A stretch of 64,000 nt of DNA from Perkinsus chesapeaki ATCC PRA-425. Taxonomy: Eukaryota; Protista; Perkinsozoa. The notes beneath the pieces were generated by a model that ran no database searches, was not told where the DNA came from, and was given only the letters and a program-made list of their open reading frames with translations. The stretch lies in contig JAAPAO010000028.1 of the NCBI GenBank assembly GCA_013115145.1, positions 59,580 through 123,579 of the forward strand. Direction: 5' to 3'. Below are positions 22,905-36,248 of this stretch, in pieces. Numbering within the stretch: position 1 is the first letter of the stretch; each line of letters starts with the position of its first letter. Made by a program: the position numbers and the translations under genes.

Positions 22905-25900
22905 TCATTTCTTATCTTCCTTCTTCTTATTATCATCATCATCATCCTTCTTATCCCTAATAAATGTATGAAAATAATGTATCCCTAATGTATCCCTATG
23001 TATTAAAGCTCACCCCTGAAGATCCTTCAATGCCTCCTGAATCCGCGGGTCATTCAGATCTACTCCAGGCAGGCCGCTAAGCAGCTCCGCTACCATCGAT
23101 GGATCCTGATTAGTATAATATATCACTATACTGCAAATTTATAATACACAGACATTAGATCATAACAGATATCGAATAGTTGATCCATCAAGTGTCATGT
23201 TTTGGATTCTCTACATGCGCGCCACCTTAGCATTTCACAATTAAATGTCTTACTATCAGACCCATACGATATATCCTATCCTATTGCGTCCAACTGTATC
23301 CAATCCTCAGGCTGCGTTCGTATGCAGGAAGCTTCATGAAATTTCCGAGTAGTATTCGAACAACTCGAGATGCTCTGGATTGCTCAACGCGAGATTAGAA
23401 TGTCCATACAGAAAGGGATGGGAAAGATGCACAGCTACGGTTGATAGTATCATTTATAGTGCGAACCGCCGAACCATTTCTGATCACATCAACAACCGCC
23501 GCTGATTGGCTCTCCTCCCGTCAGCCCCCTTATGACCTGGAAGATTGCAGCATCATCAGTCGACGAGGATGAAGAGGACTCGGCCGGCTTGTCGGTTTTT
23601 TTCTGTTTCTTTTCCGCTGGAGACTCGCCTTCAGTTTTCGGCTTCTCCCTGATTCGGTGAAAATATCAATAAAAGGTGCTCATACGTCCGACAAGAAGCC
23701 AATTTGGAGCATGCTCTTGTATAAGAAAGAGCATCTCCCGGACTCATCCTGCTGTCAAAATCGATCAGGTCATGTAGGTAGACCCTGTAGGTTGTAATTA
23801 TAAATGCCACTCCACTTCTCTCCCTCATTTATCAACCAACCTTACCCCCAACTCGATCCCCCCATTCCCTATTACCCTCCATCCCAGTCCTCCAAGCTTT
23901 CCATCAATGCCTTCCTAAGCTCCTCATCCATATCATCCTCTGGAGGGGCAGCAGCAGCACCGGCCTGCTGTGGAGCACTACTGCTAGCTGCACCGCCTGT
24001 GGAGGCAGCCGGCTCCTCATCAGTGATCTCGGTTATTTTCTCTTCCTTTTCTTCCCCTGAATTTCTTATCAGACGCCAAAATCATCTTAACAAGCTCACC
24101 TTCCCCACCAGATGGCTGCTGCTGGCTTTGCTGGGCATCCGATTCTTGTAAAGATAATAATAGCGCTTGACGTAGCTCATCATCGACCTTAAGATACCAC
24201 ATGCACCGCACTATAAAGATTTTCTCTTATCACCTCCTCCCCTGCAGCAGCTGCCTCTGCCAAGGCTGCCTGTAGTCTAGGATCAACACTTGAAGCACCA
24301 CCAGAGGGAGCTGAAGCAGCAGCACCTATAATAGGGTAATATAGCACATCCCACCACTGACGATGATGCTGTTCGTTAAAGAGAAATAAAGCAGGTTGGA
24401 GGCTCTAGTGAAAATGATGATTTGCCAAGCTGCCAACTATGGTTCCCACCACTACCAATACAAAGGCATTATTACAAGACGGCTAAATTCCTTTTCTGAG
24501 CGCTAAGGCCAAACTCTATCCCTCCTAACCCCGACCGCCGCCGCCTTAATTAATGTTAGTACCTTCACCACTGGCAGCAGCTTGAGCTCCACCACCACTC
24601 TGCTGCTGCTGCTGTCGAGCTCTCTCTTCCTCCATCGACATCCTCAAAGCCATTGCCTAACATAATAAGTAAGCCGACATTCTACTATTATCCGGGTCAT
24701 CACCAATTCTGGATCCTGGGTGGGGTCAACTCCGAACTCAAAGCCTCCCTCAGCGCCCGCAGGTGGGGCTGCTCCTTCTGGAGTTACAATTGGTGTACCC
24801 ATCAGAACATCCGACATTATCTGGTCAGTGTAGGGCGGCACTTCAACCTAAAGCGAAGCCGAGTACATTGCCAGCTGAATACCCGTGCACATAGGAGCTC
24901 CAAAAGATTCTCGATAATACGGTTCGATGACAAGTGGCTCACCATGCAACTGTTTCCACTGGATTGGGCATGATCGAGGAGGTCCTGTAGAAGGGGCTTG
25001 TTGGAATCAACCTCACCAAAGCTAACAATATCTGAATAAATATAGATATGCACTCACGGGAACTCGATCCAACGACCTTTCGGTAATACACCCAGCGCGC
25101 TACCACCAGACCATATTACCAATGGCAACATTGTTCTTTTTGAGATTCTTGCCAAGAGTCTCCATCTGTTTCTTAGTAGCGGTAACCGGACTTCCAACGA
25201 AACACACAATACGCTGCTTCTGGTTCTTGTTTTGTCGGTGCTTCAACACCAACTGAGCTGTCTGAATCCCTCGGACCTGAGATCCATGATCATCACCATC
25301 CCTTTTGAAACCGGGAGATTTCCCCATCCTGAAAATATCGTTTTCAGAAGCCAGCAACAGCAATGAATACAATCTGACTTGGCCTGGCGGTTCATGCCAC
25401 GCGTCATCGCGACACCATCCTAGCATGTCTGTTATCATTTATAATTATCATAATAATATTATAGCTTAGTCATATTGATGCCTATACACGTGTCAGGAGC
25501 TCTATATCATTATATTTATTATTCTAATTATATCATCTTCACTTTTCTTCCCTGTATCCCCATCTTCCCGAAAGTCTCGTTCCATCTATTATATCCATTA
25601 ATGCCCCACATTTATTTGGATTTTCCTACTAGTCACCAATACCACCGCTCCCCTATAGTACCAGATCAGCTGAATGTGGTCCATTAGGGCCGAAGTCTTT
25701 AACCTCTGGAGCCAGCTTAGATACAGCATTTAACATCTCGCCCAAGTTGGTGGTAGGGGTTTGTCGTAACTGGTATATACCGCATTTCCCTCTAATCCCG
25801 CCACCGAATGACCTACATCAATCCCAGACCCATCACTGGCGCCACTCATAGTAAGAACTCCAACTGCGGTCTGATAAAGATATCCAATCCTCCCCTCAAA

Positions 25901-26051
25901 TGCATGCTTGTACCTCTGGATGCTGCTGTGACTTTGCTCCACATATCAAGTTGGCAGCCTCCGCTTCAGCCTGTAGCCTATCGGGTAGGTAATCGGCATT
26001 ACGGCTCCACTCAGAAGTATCCAAACATAACATTACAGCTTCAACCGACAT
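22905..26051 (-). CDS. RPN10: 26S proteasome ubiquitin receptor Rpn10 (vWA + UIMs)
   Basis: MSVEAVMLCLDTSEWSRNADYLPDRLQAE, IQTAQLVLKHRQNKNQKQRIVCFVGSP, FGVDPTQDPEL, DDELRQALLLSLQE and LPGVDLNDPRIQEAL. Confidence 0.95.
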
Positions 26052-26059
26052 TATTAATA

Positions 26060-26350
26060 TATAATAACAACCTAAATAGCTGCCTCGGGACACCTCTGCG
26101 TAGAGTAAGATGCATTCCACCCAAATCGATCACCAGGGCGCGCGCTACTTACATTCAGCCGCCTAGCAAGCTCGCTGTTCCTCAGCAATCTTGTAGAGGA
26201 GGTCATGTTATTATTATTGTTATTGTAGGGTAACATCCATTTGTGCCCTTATACTAATGAGCAACTCGGGAACGGCACCACATAGGGATTCGAGGCTGTT
26301 GGGAGGGGGGATGCCGGCACCATCGGGCTGGACAGCAAGACCCGACATGC
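26060..26350 (-). CDS. Possible very small spliced ORF or 5' exons directly upstream of RPN10
   Basis: MSGLAVQPDGAGIPPSQQPRIPM followed by two GT-AG introns. Downstream frame unresolved. Confidence 0.25.
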
Positions 26351-26714
26351 AGGTACGGCTGTGACGCAATGGGACTTAGGGCAGTGAATCAACCTATTTG
26401 GAATCTTTCGCACGATAAAGATATTTTCTGGCGGGGAAAGTTACAATGGGGGCTTCACAGCAAATTCTAAACAGTATAGGTTGCTTGGGGCGCGTGACGC
26501 TATTTCTGAGTACTTGAACACCTAAATGGATACACAGGGTCAAGGCGACCTAAAAAGAATCTTTCTGTCATGGTCATTATTTTAGGCTGCCCCTCGCGAC
26601 ACATGGCCCAGCGGTCTCACTCAATGGCAAGGAGCGTCTACAGACGGTAGAGGTAAGCATCATCATCGGCCCTCCTCCTTCTAGTAACAACATATTATAG
26701 GCATCGAAGCCGAC

Positions 26715-29357
26715 ATGTATCGGACTCCAGCAAGCACCCCTTCAGCTGGATACGAATACTATACCCAAGTGCCTGGTCAAGCAGTTCCCTCTGGTCCCCC
26801 TAATTACCAAGGAGGCTCGGCTGGTGGGTATGGTGCTGCTGCTCCTGGTGGGTATACGCCAGACACATCCCAGGCCTACTACATGGGCCAGGGCCCAGCA
26901 AGTGGATACGCACCTTATAGTGGAGGTGATGCTGCTGGGGTTAATGGTGGTCAGTATTATGCAGCAGCTACACCAGCATACGGTGGAGGTTATGGTGCCT
27001 ATGAACGGCAACCATCCCCTCCTGCCTACTATGAGGCCCCTGGTCAATACCCCCACAGTGGAGGTCATCTTACTATGGCCGGAACATATTATCAACCCGC
27101 TGGGCCTGATAACTATCAAAGGCGGGCTGCTATGGAACAGCAGAATCGCTCTGGTGGAGGACAGGCGTTCGTTTTTGATATGTTCATGCGGCTTTCTGAC
27201 CGCGAAGTGGTCGCGTATGCCGAAGACCACATGAGCTCGATCCACCTACAGGATATGCTCCGTAAACACGGTACTGGTAAGGACAACCTGTACACCAATG
27301 ACGAGGTCCAGCAAGTGGTGCAGCGTCTCGTGCCGCACTTTGTCACTCTGGCTTTTGATCCTATCGGTAATTACGTCTCCCAAGCTGTTATTGATGTATG
27401 CGATATGCCTACCTTTGAAATGATAATATCCAACCAACTGCTTCGTGGTAGAACTCTCTATGAGATGTGTACGCATACACACGGCACTCGCGTGGTACAG
27501 AAGATAATCTCGGAAGCTAATACCAGGTATCATGGCTCCAACCAGCTCCCCTTGCTGGGAGCAATTCGTCAATGCTGCCTCGAGCTGGCATTGGACCCTA
27601 ACGGTTGCTATGTGCTGCTGAAGGTCCTTGATGTGATGGGCCAAAGTGGATGGCTGTTGGAGATCCTAATCGATCGAATGTGCGATATTTGCTGTAGCCA
27701 ATGGGGCGTGGTGACGGTTAAAAAGGTGATCGAGAGGGCCACCTCAGTTGATAGAGTCGAGGCTCACCCACATCTCTTACCGACATATCCCAACGACCCT
27801 CCAGCATCCCCTTCGCCTAGTGCACCAGGCAGGACGCCAGTCCCGCAGCAACAGCGACTACCTATTGTGGTGGGGAGACATTCAAGGCGTCTACTGAAGC
27901 TCTTTGTGGACAACTTCGAGCGCCTATCGAGAGACCAATTTGGGAACTATGCTGTACAGCATTTACTACAAGGAGGCAGCGAATTAATGCAGACGGAGGA
28001 GGGCCATCAGGCGGTGGCTCAGATGGGCCTTATTGTCAGACCACAGGTAAGCTAAGAGTTGTGGGAAATTTGGTATGAATTGGCTTTGAATTTTTAGGTT
28101 GTTGAAATGTCAAAGCACAAGTACTCCTCCAACTGCATGGAGCATCTGTTGGCCCAAAGCTCTCCCGAGTACGTCCGTAGCCTCATTACCGAGATTGTGT
28201 CCACTGGTGCGGTCCGAGAGCTCTTGCTTGATAAGTACGGTAACTATGTGCTGCAGAAAATGCTCACACTGGCCAGCCAAGAGGGAGGCAAGACGTTCCA
28301 AACCTTGGTGGACGCTGTGCAGCCGTGCGTGGCTGATCTTATGTACGGACCCTCACCATCATCAACGCAACAACAGCAAGCAGCAGCAGGTCATGGTGGC
28401 TATGGGGGCAATAGAGCTCAGAATGATATAGATGTTGGTCGCCATCAAAGGTTGGCAAAGAAGTTGATTGCCAAGTTCCCACAGTTAAGCCCGCAAGGAC
28501 GTAGAGGCAGTCGACACCAGATGGCATCCTCCACGGGGACCACAGCGCCGCCGGCACCTCAGCTGGCAACTGGCAGCAATCGAACTAATTATGGCTCCGG
28601 AGGGTATGGTGGTATGCAATCCTATCGTCATAGCTCTCCTGTAGCGGGGAGTGGCGGCAATTTCCACTATGGCAGTAGGGATTACCAGCAACACCCGCAG
28701 GAACAAGGCCATGGTTATGGAGGCGGCAATAATGGTAGACAACATTACTATAACAGTGGGCATCCAAGCCAAGCTGGTGGATATGGTTCATATTACGCCG
28801 GGGGCCAATCGGGGACAACCGGTATACAGCAGAATGACAATCGGTTGTACGGAGGTCCCTCGCCGTCGGGAGCAGCAGCTGGTCAGGGCCCTCAACAACA
28901 ACAATATGGCGGCTCCTCTTCGGGAAGGGGTATATCGAGCTCATCGACTACACCTCGTCAGAATCGCACTGGAACAGCAGTAGCAGCGGCAGGTGGTGGT
29001 GGTGGAGCAGATACGGCCACTACTACTGCTGCGAGTGATACTGCTGCTGCTAAGGGTCAAAGACAAGGCGGACTTGCCAGTGATAACTGGGAGAGCTTGA
29101 AAGACGCATTTGCCCCTCCAGCGGCTGGTAACGGTAAATCCCCTGCTGCTGGGCCGCCTACTGCTACTTCTACTCGGACAGTGAGCGGCGATGGTGATGG
29201 TTGGGGTGGTGGCGCAGGTAGCACAACCCCAGACTCGACTGCCGAGGCCGAGAAGGCTGTGTTGGCCGCTAGTGGAGCTGGTGAAGACCCACTGAGAGAG
29301 CAGCCACCCCCGATTGGTGGGGACGGCAAGAAGGCTAATCAGCACCAGGACGAATAG
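26715..29357 (+). CDS. Pumilio/PUF RNA-binding protein with Y/G/Q-rich N- and C-termini, one intron (~28047-28098)
   Basis: PUM repeats DPIGNYVSQ, HTHGTRVVQKII, DPNGCYVLLK, DQFGNYAVQHLL, HKYSSNCMEHLL and DKYGNYVLQKML. Confidence 0.92.
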
Positions 29358-29701
29358 AGAAGAAGAAGCTCCTCCTCTTAAAGTGTCGTTTTGTTGATAA
29401 GACCATGGCTGCTCCTACTCCTTGCGCCTCCTCCTGCTGCTGCTGCTAGTCACCTTATTTCTCCTCATCCGATTGTTGGTGAAAGTTGTTGTCAGTAGTA
29501 TCTATCCAGTAGTAATTATTATTGAGGACACTTGATGAATTATTATTATTTTTATTATTACTGGTACTGGTATTATTGTTAATAATAATAGATATTATTA
29601 TTATCCTTATTACATTGATAATATAACCAACAACATTAATACGATAATGTCATCATTTCTACAAGCAATATTCTCCTCCGTATCATCTTTGAACGTAAAC
29701 A

Positions 29702-29742
29702 TACTACTACTGCTATCCCTACTACTACTACTGCTGCTGCTG

Positions 29743-29777
<35 letters not shown>

Positions 29778-29810
29778 ACTACTACTACTACTACTACTGC
29801 TGCTACTAGT
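29702..29810. repeat. Compound (ACT)n/(GCT)n microsatellite
   Basis: Direct reading of tactactactgctgctgct tracts. Confidence 0.9.
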
Positions 29811-29819
29811 CATCATTGG

Positions 29820-31200
29820 TCACTAGGAAAGTCCCATATCTCATGATACTTGAACTTACCAACACCACCGTCGTATAGACAACTGCTACTATTATTATTA
29901 CTACCTGCTGCTGCTGTACTGTCAATATAGCCAATTTTCCTACTGCTACTGCTGCTGATGCTTCTGCTGCTATTACTGTTGTTGTATTACTGCTCCTGTT
30001 GCTACTGGTAGTGAAATATCAATCTCCTCTATCACAATTATCTTGCTAATAGCTTCTATAGAATATTGATCATTACATTATTGCTGAATCCTCCTCCTAT
30101 ACATAATAATAAGAATTATGGACATCATTTTCCGCCCATAGTATTGCTGGTAGCTATACCTAGATACCGAGGGCTTTTATCAGGGGTTAAAGCCCATACT
30201 ACGGTTAACTACTTATCATCTTACTATCTTGCGTTAATCATGTAAAAGTTAATACAAACATGGACCTAGGGACAAGCCTCCGTGTATCATCAAGGCATAG
30301 TCGTATAAGAACTTCTTATTAAGAAGTAAGAAGCTAGTTAGCAATAGTTGCATAACCAAGTTTGTACTCGTAGCTCGTCGGTCGCGGCTTTCAGTGACGT
30401 TTGATAAGATTGGTAATTGATATTGTTAACTAGGTGGAAGGTGTTGCAGTTAATGAGTGCACTCGGCATTCGCTATATGATATAATATGGAGGACAATCC
30501 TGTTGCAGAACCATCGACGATACTAGTGCGTGCAAGGATACCACTCTCAGGAGGGTGAACTACTACCCAGTCATCCTTTTAGTTGTCAAAGAACATCAAC
30601 TAGTCCCATAATCTGGGACCCAGATGGTCCTGCTGGTGACCCAACCAGTAGTCTTGGTTAATTGCAAGTTATTCCGTCGGACCTTGCTATTCTGCTGCAA
30701 GTACAGGGTTACACAATTACTAACAAGCAATTAACAACATATTATTCATTATTAAATGCGCGTAAATATCACTCATTATTCTACACTTTGCTAACTCAAA
30801 GCTCTGATATAGAAGTCACTACACATTATACGTATCTTTATCAACAGCGTATGACAGTCCTACTACTACTACTATTACCACATCCGGCTATTACTATACT
30901 CAATCTACATGCAAGGTTATTCATTCTGCGTCAGAGTCGGCGGGAAATTGTACATGCGTGTAGAGGTAAATCCCCTTGCGAGAGTAAGCTAAGTAAGAAG
31001 AAGCCTTTTTAGAGTCTACATGGATATCCACAATGTAGACATGCTTGTGGCCTTATGCTTGTCCATATGAACGCATTGCACCTATCTGCAATAATGTATC
31101 TTATGGAAAAGTGAAACACCGTACGTACGAACACAGAGCTGTGGGCCAGCCGGCAGCAATAGGGTGACATGATGTATCATAGTATTATACTATTATTATG
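29820..31200 (-). CDS. Possible multi-exon hypothetical protein
   Basis: Exon-like fragments KDDWVVVHPPESGILARTSIVDG, LPILSNVTESRDRRATSTNLVMQLLLTSFLLLNKKFLYDYALM and GKFKYHEIWDFPSDQ*. Structure not resolved. Confidence 0.3.
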
Positions 31201-31407
31201 ATGGTATGTGTTATTATCAGGTGCCAGTAGATTACCTATACTGTCAAATTGACAGTGTCAATTGTGTACTAGCGCTAGGTCGTCTTGTCTTATCGACTCG
31301 ATAATATCGAGCTATTCTTCAATATTATCCCGCTCATTCGGGAGTGCTGAACTACCCTTGGAGGCATCTCGGCCTCCAAGAGATGCCAGGTCTCCATCAG
31401 ATGCCTC

Positions 31408-31724
31408 CAGGGTGGCCGGTGGAAAGAAAAATAGCGATTCTTTTTTTCATCCTATTTTTCTTTCCGAGAAAGGAGCGGGTTCGATCCCTGGCAGGGTCAT
31501 ATAAAAGGTAGCTATTTGTATGGTTTCTTCTCAACCTCGTGGATAGTAGATCCGTGCTTAGCATTATGAACGTATTGCGGTATTTGTAAGAGCCTTCCTA
31601 TGTCCTATGCCTCTTGTTTTCGGAGTGGCTGTTTTTCCTATTTTTCCGAGGAAAAATAGACATTCGTTCTTTCGGAAAAAGAGGAATTCTTTCCGGAAGA
31701 AAGAATGAAAAACCGGCCACCCTG
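31408..31724. mobile_element. MITE-like element, 317 bp, 13-bp perfect terminal inverted repeats
   Basis: CAGGGTGGCCGGT at 31408-31420 and ACCGGCCACCCTG at 31712-31724 enclose a non-coding interior with TTTC(C)G..GAAA sub-repeats. No clear target-site duplication. Confidence 0.6.
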
Positions 31725-32247
31725 CAGCTCGCGTTCTACAGGGGGCTAAAATGCATAGCAATGAATTAATTCGCATATTTATTCCATCTTAATGTCATTA
31801 ATACGGTCGGTATAGTTAACGTCAATCAGCCCGTGATATTCTAATTTCATTTCTGATTGACATCCATTTGTACCTAGGCCCTTAGGGCGCCTTAACATAA
31901 CCATTACCTTCGATGATGCCTCATGATCAAAATACGAACGCATGAAGCGTGCAAACCAAGCTTAGCACGCATGCCCCGCAGGCAATGCCAGGAAGAATCG
32001 AAACCACGATGAAACCTTCCTTCTATAGCACAGTGAATCTCAAAGGTTGAGAATGAAGTTTGGTGCATATTTCAGCTAAACTCTGGTAATATATCCAATC
32101 CATAATCCCCGAGTGGTTTGTCCTTATTCAATTCCACTACTATGGCCGTTCGCGACACGTACGGCCGGTGTTCTTCCTTGAATACTGCTGTAAAGCCCAA
32201 CGCTAAAGGGAACTCGGATATCCGATTTTACTCTCAACATTCAATCA

Positions 32248-32975
32248 TGCTTTTCAAAGCTGCCGCTGGTCTGATATGCATTGGTTTCCTTCCTACGGTT
32301 GTCGCTCAGAGAAGCATCCGCGAATGACCAACACAGTGCTTGAGCACTAAACAAAGTCCATGCGCCTATTTGCCGAGGACTTCTCCAGTATACTTCCAGT
32401 ATTCTCTAGTATAAGTAGTAGGCATGAAGTTTGACTCGAATCCGCCTGGGCTCATAGGTTCGCAAGTGTTTAATCTATCCTTCGACTCTGGTAAACAAAA
32501 CCCGAAGACTGCGACCTTGAAGACGAGCGATTCGGCTACCCTAATGGTCTCAATGAACGAGAATGTTACAGTCTACATAGACATAGACTCGCAAGGAGAA
32601 TTTACTAATGCCACTGCTAACGGCCAGGCTCATATAGATTGGCCACTCGGTATAAATCCCCATTTAAAGATAGGATCCGTGAGGAAAACTGTATCTGGAG
32701 TGAGGCACGCTTTCACTGAGCATGTCTCTATGTACTTCACTGGCCGTGGCCGTAGCGGTTTTGTAGTCCACGAGAAGATGTTCATCGCTGATGAAGATTT
32801 GGGGATCAATGCCGAGGTCAGGTTCCAATTCGCACTTTTCTGCTGGGATCAAGGACCAAAGAAGTTATGGCAGCTTGGATCATATGTAGTTGTCAGCGCC
32901 AATTGGACAGAGGATGGTATGGATAAGACTTTCTATGATAGGAATGGGTCCAGTGGGGTTCTATTGGTTCCGTGA
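32248..32975 (+). CDS. Lineage-specific, probably secreted protein (or pseudogene)
   Basis: Signal-peptide-like MLFKAAAGLICIGFLPTVVA at ~32248 ends in TGA before an obvious donor. It is followed by a beta-rich 183-aa ORF at 32424-32975. Confidence 0.5.
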
Positions 32976-35401
32976 TAACCAGCCCTTTTGATATTCTAAT
33001 ATTGTCCATCACGCTGTGAACCAACTTGACTTGCTTCTGTTTTCTCACTAGTTTTCCCATTGATTCGAGCATTGGCCCATAATACTCTTTTTCATTCTAC
33101 TTGTCAATCAGCGCACTCTGCTCACTTCAAGAATATTGGTTGTGTTAATAGTAATACGGATGGCTAACCCTAGAGATCAACTACAGTATACACTATAGAG
33201 ATCAACTTCAGCTCACCATTAACAGACTGGCCAGGCGTCGATGTAAACGATTTATTGACCTATAATAAAAATGAAGTTACGAGTGAGAAATCAGACACTT
33301 GTGGGGTCGAAGGGAGAAAGCCTTTCTCCCTTCTCAGAAAGGAGCGGCTGAAACGAAATGAAAGGTTCCAAGAAGGAGAATGAGTTCACTAGGGGAACGG
33401 AAATGAAGTTCTCAATAATACTGAGTCAGGCGAACTTGAAAGTCCCCGAGCGGGTCGATAGTTCCAAGCTCGGATTTGAAAGTGCTGTTACCTTCTAACC
33501 CAGTTCTATTACTTCGAAGAAGTTGAACTTCCACAGGACGTTCAGTGAGCTTGAAAGTCTGGCGGCCAAGTTTATAAAAATTATCATAGAGTCATGGTAC
33601 ACCAACTCATGCACAAGGATGAATCATCATAGATCTTTTGATACTGCAAAGCTTGCAGTGCACACTGGTCAAATTGATCACGACCACTCTTCCTCCTTAA
33701 CCGCCGCTTAATCTCTTAGAGAGGTCAACGGCCAATGACCGTCGGCCATCCAAGACTCCAAAGAGCTTCGGTCCAGACCCAGCTTCCGAGGTCGCCGTCT
33801 TCAAGGCGCTGCTGATGCTTCAGGTCCGATTCTCGAACTCCTTGCACTCCTGTTGCAGAACCATCGAATATTTCACTGGTACGTTGATTACTGGTACGTT
33901 CATTCTTCAAGAATACCGCTCTCAGGAGGGCAAACTACTACCGGGCAGGGTATCCGATATCCGTGGTTTCCCCAAATTTGGCGCCAATTTCCCAATTTCT
34001 GCATTCGACTAAATTTCCGTTTATTGCGAAGAAAAAGTTAGGAAATCTCGATCGAAGATCCTATTCTGTCCTTATGACATAAGGCTTGAGTTCCTTCAGG
34101 GCAAAGTGGAGCTGCGCAATCCTGTCAATCTCCAAGTGCGCACATGGATGCTTTAAGAATGAAGCTTCTTCATCAAAGGGAAAACTGCGCCAGTAAAATC
34201 GATGGTTGGTCGAACCCACTGGGTCACATGAGTAAAAATGTGTATCACACTGTGTGAAGGTAGCGGGTGTGGTGGGAGGAGGTAGTCAGCCTCTCTTCCG
34301 AGGCAGTTGGAAAAGTAGTTGGAAGAGTAACTGATTAGAAAAGAGGTTGGGAAGCTTGGTGGTCATGATGGTCGCTGAGAATAGTTGAAGTGTGTGTGGA
34401 GGCTGCGTTTATGGTCAGAATGACCAGGTCAGCGAGGAACGTTGGTGATAGCTGCGATGACAGGCAGGGTTATTGCAACAGTAACTAGTTGCAAGTCGCA
34501 ACTTGTGGGGCGGTAGTCGATACACGGGCCGTTGTCATTTTCGCTACTAGATGCCGTATTCTGTAGCCATAGCTAGCTATTAGCTTCGCTTATAGCTAAC
34601 CTTGCCGACGTGAGCCTCGAGGGGGTGATAGTCTCGATGGCGGCTGTCAAGTCCTTAGCTGTAGGGCGATCATCAGATCTTCCTTCAGTAGCCTCTATCT
34701 CTCACCGCGAAAGCCAACACTAAGGGTGTCATATCAATGTCATTATAATACAATATGATGTGACCCGGTTGTAGCCTCATGGGGCTCGCATATTGCGTGC
34801 AGAGGGCAACATCACATAAGAGAAGTATTGGCTAGCTCAATACGATGTCCTTGCATGGTCTTGACAAGATCAGCTTCCACTTGGTTATCCCCTCGATCTC
34901 GGTATTCGACGAAACGGGTACATCCCTGGTAAGATTTGATTCGCATTGGTGGTCTATTATAGCAGCTTTAATATAGCTTTGCTGATGTACTATCTGTGGT
35001 ATAGCTCGGGCAGCCAGCTGGTTGTGGCAGCTTCTCACAGGCTCAATTCACAGTGCACTCCTGTAGAAATAACGTGGTTGTGACTTCTTCTTTCGAAGTT
35101 TTTTCCTCGTGCTCTTACTGTATGCTTGTGGTGCGGACTGGAGAGTGGTATCATGTCTCGACCACGCCAAGTACCAACAGTGTGTGACGCGGAAATTCGT
35201 CTTGGTACACTAATAAGCTGAACCGCGTACTAAGCTTAGACATCTTTATCGATACCGATTGTTACAAGACTTTCGTGGATTGTCGGCAACTGGTGAACTC
35301 CTACAATTTAGTAGTGTGAGGAACTGCCATTGTGTGGCATCTTTTACTTCATCTTGATTAATTATTGAGTCCCTTCTTCAGCTCAGTCCTCCTCATTTCA
35401 T

Positions 35402-36248
35402 ATGGCAATTTTTCGCCACTTCTTCATCTGCATTGTTATGTATGGTGCAGTTTGTAGTTCAGACGAAGAACCAACTGAAGACCCGTCGTGGATCCCACCA
35501 AACTTTTATGGTACCTACTGCTTTCGCTGGGACAACTTCAAACGGCCTCTCACTGGTGTCGTATACCTCCAGTTTACGACGAAAGAAGTCTCGTTGATTG
35601 ATTTCAACCTTACCTACTTCAGACCTGCTGGGCGTGGTATTCAGAGGACTGCTGTTCGCGACGTCCCCTTCATCTTCTATGACCGAGGCGTGAGCCTTGG
35701 AGTACAGTTGAACTTGACTGAGTCTTCGAGAAAATCGATGCGATCGCTTATTACATCTACTGGTCTGGATAAGGTCTTGCTGCCACACATGTTCGAAGAT
35801 GAAACCAAGGTCCTTAAGGCCTTTTCTTCGTATGGGCACTGGTACCTATCATTTGTATTTGTACACTTCTTCTCTTTGCAAGCATGGAAGAAGGATCTAT
35901 CTTATTGTGATACTTACTTCTAAGCTCGAATGGGATGTCTCGCAATGGTCCGACTATTATGGTCGCTCTACCTTGAACCCACACTCCTCGCCAAGCGAAG
36001 GCTTAGCTGCGAAGTGTTCCCATCATTATTCAACTCTATTAGCTGCGATTGAACGAATAGACCAATATGTGGTGCCTATATTAATCTTGGTGTGCCAGGA
36101 TTCCGATCTTGCTTTCACTTCGCATTATTGGATCGCACTTGGATCATTTCTTTACTTGTACTCGCTTGCTCTTCCCATGAAAGATGGAGAGCACGAGGTA
36201 CATAGATTGGTAAGGAATGTGCCTTTTATTGGTGCATTGAAAAGATAG
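35402..36248 (+). CDS. Lineage-specific secreted protein, probably two exons
   Basis: Signal peptide MAIFRHFFICIVMYGAVCS, then YGTYCFRWDNF. Probable intron near 35840-35882 leads into HGRRIYLIVILTSK. Confidence 0.55.

Noticed and set aside
29610-29816. Poly-Ser ORF
   Set aside because: It is a translation of the ACT/GCT microsatellite.
34555-34575. Other partial SL-like words (CTGTAGCCAT here; ACCGTAGC at ~38221)
   Set aside because: Only 8-9 nt matches, expected by chance in 64 kb.
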